Shown one piece after another: positions 58,193-64,000 of a DNA stretch of 64,000 nt (position 1 is its first letter; every line of letters starts with the position of its first letter). The notes under the pieces are model-generated. The model was not told the origin of the DNA and did no database searches. It worked only from the letters and a program-made list of their open reading frames with translations. Origin of the DNA: an uncultured Phycisphaerales bacterium (GTDB lineage: Bacteria > Planctomycetota > Phycisphaerae > Sedimentisphaerales > Anaerobacaceae); assembly GCA_963718665.1 (NCBI GenBank), contig OY970359.1, positions 896,001-960,000 of the forward strand, in the 5' to 3' direction. The translations under genes and the position numbers were made by a program.

Positions 58193-58618
58193 TCATGTCA
58201 TTGCCTCAGCGATAATTTCATGAACAGCTTCGGCGTCTTTCATATAAAAACGCAGCCGGGCTCGACGAGAGCGATACCACGGTATGGGAGAAATTTCTGA
58301 CACAATTTCCAGATACTTGCCCAGCAAAAAGTTTCTGCCCACACTTATTTCCTCGATAAACTCATTATCTTCCAGTTTTCCTTTATCCTTGAACCATAAA
58401 CTGTTTTCCAATATGAAAAGACGACAAAGGTAAAAAACGAGCAAAACTCGTCTGTCTGTGATATACAAACCTGCCTCACACAAAATGGGTATCGGAAAAA
58501 AGATTCGGTAACTGGGAAGGGACTTACCCGATGCAAACCACAACCACGGTTTGAAGAGAAGAACTTTCTCCCCGGGCAGAAGCTTTGGCAGCATATTGAA
58601 ACTGAACCTGAAACCCAT
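58193..58618 (-). CDS. hypothetical protein (PH-like LYITDRRV)
   Basis: ORF with RBS, between the serpin and its duplicated 3' end. Confidence 0.6.
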   Translation of the reverse strand: MGFRFSFNMLPKLLPGEKVLLFKPWLWFASGKSLPSYRIFFPIPILCEAGLYITDRRVLLVFYLCRLFILENSLWFKDKGKLEDNEFIEEISVGRNFLLGKYLEIVSEISPIPWYRSRRARLRFYMKDAEAVHEIIAEAMT

Positions 58619-58682
58619 GAATAATCCCTTTCTGTCATTTAATATAGTAGCCGGAAACCTCGCCACTGTCTATTCATCTCAA

Positions 58683-58757
58683 TTTATCTTTTCGATTCAC
58701 GATAATCAGACGGGCAGCATCCTGTTCCTGGGCCGACTGGCCAACCCTGAGAGCTAA
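58683..58757 (+). pseudogene. displaced duplicate of the serpin 3' end
   Basis: FIFSIHDNQTGSILFLGRLANP versus FIFLIRDNQTGSILFLGRVANP; 58/66 nt identical to 58066-58131. Confidence 0.88.
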
Positions 58758-58790
58758 ACAACCCCTGTTTTTGCTACTGAAATGTGGTTT

Positions 58791-58810
58791 GTGTTGCTTT
58801 TTGTAAACAT
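58791..58810. promoter_or_regulatory. operator-like site matching 37905-37924
   Basis: GTGTTGCTTTTTGTAAACAT versus ATGTTGCTTTTTGTCAACAT. Confidence 0.5.
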
Positions 58811-59149
58811 TGGCGTGGATATATTGCAATGTTAGCTGAAAAGGCACGATGGCAAAGTATAAGCGAAAAATGGCGGGAAAGCCGTAAATTCAGGCCATTG
58901 TATGGCCGTTGTTTTTTGGCAACGCCCAGCCCCAAACCGCAAACAGGTTGCACCCGTGAATAGTCAAACAAAACTCAAGGTCAATACAACAAACGCCGGT
59001 TTTGAGCCGTTTTCGCAACCGGGTAAATTATCACAACAAATACAGGTAAAACCTTGTAGCGAGTATGCGTTTTGCACGTATAAAATTAAGACAGTGCCGA
59101 TGACAGAACAACAGGCAACGCCGATTTGAAATTTTGCGAGGGTACTGAT

Positions 59150-59416
59150 ATGGATGAAGCACGGCTGGCAGACGAGTTAAATGAACTTGTAAAACAATTC
59201 GGAGGCGCCGCAGACCCCACATCGAAACGCCTGGAACTCCTCGCCAAAAAAGCAGAAGTAAACCAGAAAGAACTCCAGGCGAGCGTCGATTGTCTGCGAG
59301 AATCGCTCGATTACCTGCGGGTTTGCATCAAATACCTGCTTTTGGATATTGAGGCCACCCGCCGGGAAAACGACTACCTGCAAAAGCTGCTCAAGGATAA
59401 AGACCGGGAAGAGTAA
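59150..59416 (+). CDS. small coiled-coil conserved hypothetical protein (planctomycete-type)
   Basis: ESLDYLRVCIKYLLLDIEATRREN; GAGG RBS. Confidence 0.8.
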   Translation: MDEARLADELNELVKQFGGAADPTSKRLELLAKKAEVNQKELQASVDCLRESLDYLRVCIKYLLLDIEATRRENDYLQKLLKDKDREE

Positions 59417-59484
59417 CCCCGCCGGCCGCACAATTATCCTTTGTGAGCAATAATCCTGTTTTTACTTTGCCGCAATCTGTCTGT

Positions 59485-61473
59485 CTATTTACCGGACGGC
59501 ACCACTGGCATTGGCTGGCCCGGGGGCATTTGCCGCGGCTGCTTCGGCGGCATACCCTGATTCATCTGGCCTGGCTGCTGCTGCATCTGCTGCTGCATAA
59601 TCATCTGGAACGCCATCATCATCTCAGAAAGGTGCTCTTTGGTTAATGCGAAATCGATGGCCAATGAGCCGTTATCTATTTTGGCTGCGAAAACAAGATT
59701 GCTCTTACTCGGTACATCGGGCATCGTAAACGGCATCGGGGTAAACCCCTGCATCATTTTCATCAAGCGCAGATAGTTATATGTAACTATGGCGTCCTTG
59801 CCGTCGGCGTCCGGGATAACCGACATCGCCTTTTGCATTTCCGAGCATACCTGCGCGGGAGTGCCTGCCTTTACCTGGTCGATGAGTTTGCAAACGGCGT
59901 TGGGGTCGTTCGATATCCTGCATACAAACAGGCCATTGACAATCGCCCAGCGGTATTCGAAGCCGCCGCCATACATCGCCTCAATCATTTTTGCCTCGGG
60001 CAAATTAGCGTCGGCCATTTTCATAGACAGCTTTGCGACGTCTATTGAAACGCCCTTGTAATTTTCTGCGCCGTGTTTGACGGTAAAGCCGGTTTCCATA
60101 CCCATATTTTTGTAGAGGTCGCCAAATGCGCTGCCAGTCCAGAGCTGGATAAATTCATCTCTAACTTTGTTAAACCGGTTAACATCCTTTACCTCAAGGA
60201 CATATTTTGCATCGAATAACGGCTTTGCGTTGGGGTCAACCTTGAACGAGCAAACAATAAAATCGCCAATTGAATCAGCGGAATCATCGAGGAGCTTTTT
60301 GGTTTTAATGATGTTGGGGTCATTGGCGTCTTTTCCTGACATTATCGCCATAAGGTCAATACACTTGGCGTTGAGTTTCTTATACGTCGTATGATTTATC
60401 CGCGCGACTAAATTCATCGCCGCGCCATCCTCGGTGTAGCCGATAAGCGGGTTATTTTTAGCGGCGCCATCAGTAACGAACATCCCGGCCATTTCGGTCC
60501 CGGGCAGAGCATCCAAACCGACCCTGAAATTAAGCACGGCGGGTTTGGGATTACAGGAAAGCGTAATCGACTTTGACTGCTGCGTAAAATCTTTGGCGTA
60601 ACCGGCGAAGGCATTCGCGAGGCCGGCCATAAATACCGGGCTTTTCTGCAACTGTGCCTTTTGGGTTTTCATGGACTCAATCTGAGTATCGAAGCTGGCA
60701 ATCATCGGACTATTGGGGTCTTTGGCAGCCATCTGCTGTTTGGCCTTTTCGAGATTATCGATGTTGGACTGGATGCCCATTGCCGGGTCGGCTAAGTGCT
60801 TTCTCATTTCCTCCAGGCCATCGGAAATTTCTTTTTTGTAAACCGACGAGATTTTCACAAGATTCGCGTAGGCCCATATCGGTTCAGTTGATGACTGTTT
60901 GGCCTGTGCGGCATCGAGAGATGACGCTAAATTAGTTGCTTTTGCGCCGGTGATTGTCGAGGCCATAGAGTTGAGTTTGCGGTAATCTTTCGACATAAGC
61001 GCAAACGAGTTGACCTTTTTGATGAAGAATTGCGCCGAAGCACCCATTCCGACGGCTGATATACCGTTGGAGTCGGACGGACTGACATGAAAGTTAGGGT
61101 CGGTAAGCTGGGCGTAATTGGTAACAGGCAGCAGGATGTAAATGTCCGGTTCCTTATCGCCTGATTCGGCTGTCGCGAACGCCACAAAAGTGCCGTTGAC
61201 GTCAAAACCCTTAAGTTCGAAGTTGCCGAACATCATACCGAGCTGGCCCTTAATCATACTGCCGGTTGACACCGGCATCGGCGAGACGCCCATAAGATAC
61301 TGGTCAAGATTGCCGGTGGCCTGATTGAGATTATTAATCCGGACGCAGAAAATAGCGTCCGCGGGAATCATACTGAGCACCGCATCGCCTTTATCGGCCC
61401 CCTGCACAAATGCCGGAACGCATAAAGCTAATATGATTGCTGCGAGTGTTGTTGAAATAGTGCGTCTGAACAT
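59485..61473 (-). CDS. large exported hypothetical protein
   Basis: signal peptide, GGAGG RBS, Q/P/M-rich tail. Confidence 0.8.
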   Translation of the reverse strand: MFRRTISTTLAAIILALCVPAFVQGADKGDAVLSMIPADAIFCVRINNLNQATGNLDQYLMGVSPMPVSTGSMIKGQLGMMFGNFELKGFDVNGTFVAFATAESGDKEPDIYILLPVTNYAQLTDPNFHVSPSDSNGISAVGMGASAQFFIKKVNSFALMSKDYRKLNSMASTITGAKATNLASSLDAAQAKQSSTEPIWAYANLVKISSVYKKEISDGLEEMRKHLADPAMGIQSNIDNLEKAKQQMAAKDPNSPMIASFDTQIESMKTQKAQLQKSPVFMAGLANAFAGYAKDFTQQSKSITLSCNPKPAVLNFRVGLDALPGTEMAGMFVTDGAAKNNPLIGYTEDGAAMNLVARINHTTYKKLNAKCIDLMAIMSGKDANDPNIIKTKKLLDDSADSIGDFIVCSFKVDPNAKPLFDAKYVLEVKDVNRFNKVRDEFIQLWTGSAFGDLYKNMGMETGFTVKHGAENYKGVSIDVAKLSMKMADANLPEAKMIEAMYGGGFEYRWAIVNGLFVCRISNDPNAVCKLIDQVKAGTPAQVCSEMQKAMSVIPDADGKDAIVTYNYLRLMKMMQGFTPMPFTMPDVPSKSNLVFAAKIDNGSLAIDFALTKEHLSEMMMAFQMIMQQQMQQQPGQMNQGMPPKQPRQMPPGQPMPVVPSGK

Positions 61474-61866
61474 TGTATTACCTCCCTAATAATTGTTTCA
61501 TTTTTTATGTGGACGGGTTCAACTTCGCGGTATTTATACACACAAAACTGATGTCCTGCAAGAAAATCACATAGAAATAATGTTTTAGGACTTGGGTATC
61601 CTTGTTTTTATGCAAGAATAGGGATTTTCGTGTTCTTTTCCGAACAAGTCAGGCCTTGTTTTGGTCGATATCAAGGCAGGATTAGCAGGGCATAGTCCGG
61701 TAAATGAACAAGGTAACCCATACGGCAATAGAATATATAAGGAAAGTCCTATGCAACAGGCGGCAATCGTTGACAGGACGAGCCAACAGAGTAGAATAGT
61801 AAATGCGGAGAACACAAAGGGCTAAGGCGTTTAACAAACTTTGAATAATGCTATCTGAGGTAAAAG

Positions 61867-64000
61867 ATGTTTGAGCGATTTACAGACAGGGCACGCAAGG
61901 TGATGGCGCTGGCAAACCAGGAAGCACAGCGTTTCAACCACGAATACATCGGGACCGAGCACATCCTTCTGGGCTTGGTTAAGGAAGGAAGCGGCGTCGG
62001 CGCAACCGTTCTTAAAAACTTAGACGTGGATATAAAGAAGCTGCGCTTAGAAGTTGAGAAGCTCGTAAAGAGCGGCCCGGATATGGTTACGATGGGCAAG
62101 CTGCCGCATACGCCACGCGCCAAAAAGGTAATCGAATTCGCAATCGAGGAAGCGCGGTCGCTGAATCATAATTATGTCGGAACAGAGCACCTGTTGTTGG
62201 GCCTGTTGCGCGAGACCGAAGGCATCGCGGCGCAGGTAATGATGAACCTCGGACTTCGGCTGGAAGACGTTCGCCAGGAAGTGCTGAACCTTCTGGGAGC
62301 CGGCGTCGATACGAATGAGCCGACGGGGCTTGATATGAAAATGGGCGGACCTGCGGCGGCAATGGGCGGAAAACCCAAGAGCAAGACGCCTGCGCTCGAT
62401 AGTTTCGGCAGGGACCTGACTCAACTGGCAATCGACGGCGAACTTGACCCGGTCATAGGAAGAAAACGCGAGATAGAGCGATTGATTCAGATATTGTGCA
62501 GACGCACGAAGAATAACCCGGTGCTGCTGGGCGAGGCGGGCGTGGGCAAGACCGCAATCGTCGAAGGACTCAGTCAGCAGATAATCAATAAGCAGGTGCC
62601 GGAGATTCTAAAAGATAAACGCCTCGTGGTGCTGGACCTTGCGATGATGGTCGCGGGGACAAAATACCGCGGGCAGTTCGAGGAACGAATAAAAGCGGTA
62701 ATCAACGAGGTCCGAAGAGCCAAAAGCGTGATATTATTTATCGATGAGCTGCACACGCTGGTCGGGGCGGGCGGCGCGGAAGGCGCGATTGACGCGTCGA
62801 ACGTTCTCAAGCCGGCCCTTGCCAGAGGCGAGGTGCAGTGTATAGGCGCAACCACTCTCGATGAATACAGAAAGCACATCGAGAAGGACGGCGCGCTCGA
62901 GCGGAGATTCCAGACGATTATCGTTGAGCCGCCTTCAAAAGAAGAGACGGTCGATATACTCAGGGGATTGCAGGACCGCTACGAAGCGCATCACAGGGTG
63001 CGGTTCACCGACGAGGCGTTGTTCCAGGCAGTAGAAATGTCAACGCGGTATATCACAGGCAGATGCCTGCCCGACAAGGCGATAGACGTTGTCGATGAGG
63101 CGGGCGCGAGAGTCCGGCTGAAAAATATGGCCCCCCCGCCGAACCTCGCGGAGCTTGAAAAGAAAATCGAGAATCTCCAGCGCGAAAAGGACGAGGCGGT
63201 CCGTAACGCCGACTACGAACGAGCAGCGTCGCTGAGAGACGAGGCACAGCAGATGCTCAACGACAAGACACAGATGCAGAAGAGCTGGTATGAGGAAAAC
63301 AAAGAGGCAACAGGCATAGTTGATACGGAAGTAATCGCCGAGGTCGTGAGCAATATGACGGGCGTGCCTTTGACTCGATTAGAGAAGAAAGAAACACAAC
63401 GGCTGCTCGAACTCGAAGCTGAAATTCACAAGCAGGTCGTCTCGCAGGATGACGCGGTGGCCGCGGTTTCCAAGGCGGTACGTCGCAGCAGAAGCGGAAT
63501 GAAAGACCCGAACAGACCGATGGGGTGCTTTATTTTCTTAGGGCCCAGCGGCGTTGGTAAAACGCTGCTTGCGCAGGCGCTTGCGGAGTTTATGTTTGGT
63601 GACAAAAACGCTCTTGTCCGGCTGGATATGAGCGAGTTTATGGAAAAGCACAACGTCAGCCGGCTGGTGGGCGCTCCTCCGGGATACGTCGGCTACGAAG
63701 AAGGCGGCCAGCTTACCGAAAGAATCAGACGCAGACCATACGCTGTGCTGCTGCTTGATGAAATCGAAAAGGCGCACCCGGACGTTTACAACATACTGCT
63801 CCAGATAATGGATGAGGGACGCCTGACCGACAGCTTCGGCAGAATGATTGACTTCAAGAATGTAGTCATCATTATGACCAGCAACATCGGCGCGGAATTG
63901 ATAAAGAACAATACCGGCTTCGGCTTCAGCAAAAGGACGCCTGAGGCCAACTACGAAAAGATGAGAGATATGTTGCGCAAGGAAGTCGAGCGTCATTTCA
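61867..64000 (+). CDS. clpC: ATP-dependent Clp protease ATP-binding subunit (partial, runs off window)
   Basis: manual translation: [45 protein letters not shown]; absent from the ORF track because no stop lies in the window. Confidence 0.95.
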   Translation, partial: MFERFTDRARKVMALANQEAQRFNHEYIGTEHILLGLVKEGSGVGATVLKNLDVDIKKLRLEVEKLVKSGPDMVTMGKLPHTPRAKKVIEFAIEEARSLNHNYVGTEHLLLGLLRETEGIAAQVMMNLGLRLEDVRQEVLNLLGAGVDTNEPTGLDMKMGGPAAAMGGKPKSKTPALDSFGRDLTQLAIDGELDPVIGRKREIERLIQILCRRTKNNPVLLGEAGVGKTAIVEGLSQQIINKQVPEILKDKRLVVLDLAMMVAGTKYRGQFEERIKAVINEVRRAKSVILFIDELHTLVGAGGAEGAIDASNVLKPALARGEVQCIGATTLDEYRKHIEKDGALERRFQTIIVEPPSKEETVDILRGLQDRYEAHHRVRFTDEALFQAVEMSTRYITGRCLPDKAIDVVDEAGARVRLKNMAPPPNLAELEKKIENLQREKDEAVRNADYERAASLRDEAQQMLNDKTQMQKSWYEENKEATGIVDTEVIAEVVSNMTGVPLTRLEKKETQRLLELEAEIHKQVVSQDDAVAAVSKAVRRSRSGMKDPNRPMGCFIFLGPSGVGKTLLAQALAEFMFGDKNALVRLDMSEFMEKHNVSRLVGAPPGYVGYEEGGQLTERIRRRPYAVLLLDEIEKAHPDVYNILLQIMDEGRLTDSFGRMIDFKNVVIIMTSNIGAELIKNNTGFGFSKRTPEANYEKMRDMLRKEVERHF

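Noticed and set aside
58066..58757. Serpin duplicate as a DGR or as prophage att sites
   Set aside because: Differences are mostly synonymous and not at adenines; no RT or integrase; cargo is only about 0.5 kb

Overview
Bacterial chromosomal window, most likely Planctomycetota (Phycisphaerae/Sedimentisphaerales-like). This is inferred from a DUF2617-like gene, small planctomycete-type conserved hypotheticals and a dockerin-like secreted protein. Core content: a hexuronate-to-6-phosphogluconate cluster (PPi-type pfk, uxaE, SDR fructuronate reductase, uxaC, HAD protein, LarA-family epimerase, gnd), cspA, rpsB-tsf-pyrH-frr, AsmA-like and YihY genes, an ECF sigma/anti-sigma pair, a PilT ATPase, an LptD-like gene, dapF, an NtrC-type regulator, an RluA-family gene, tkt, mfd, a serpin and a partial clpC. 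Small AT-rich accessory islets are interspersed: DUF4365-HNH; orphan HigA-like antitoxin plus TcmP-like gene; HNH-AP2; PD-(D/E)xK-like plus NDT-like gene. I could not support any rRNA, tRNA, CRISPR array, integrase or transposase. Most notable observations: (1) a structured 40-120 nt element occurs three times with compensatory changes, once in the structured leader of a free-standing HNH-AP2 endonuclease gene; (2) accessory genes sit between a housekeeping gene and a displaced, mostly synonymously diverged copy of that gene's own 3' end (tkt, serpin); (3) short palindromic and heptamer repeats occur in-frame inside proteins; (4) an NDT-like putative defence protein ends in an SSB-tail-like DDIPF; (5) tsf has an AT-shifted internal patch; (6) the NtrC has Glu at the phosphoacceptor and shares an operator-like palindrome with a gene 21 kb away. 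All product calls come from motif recognition by eye, not database searches.
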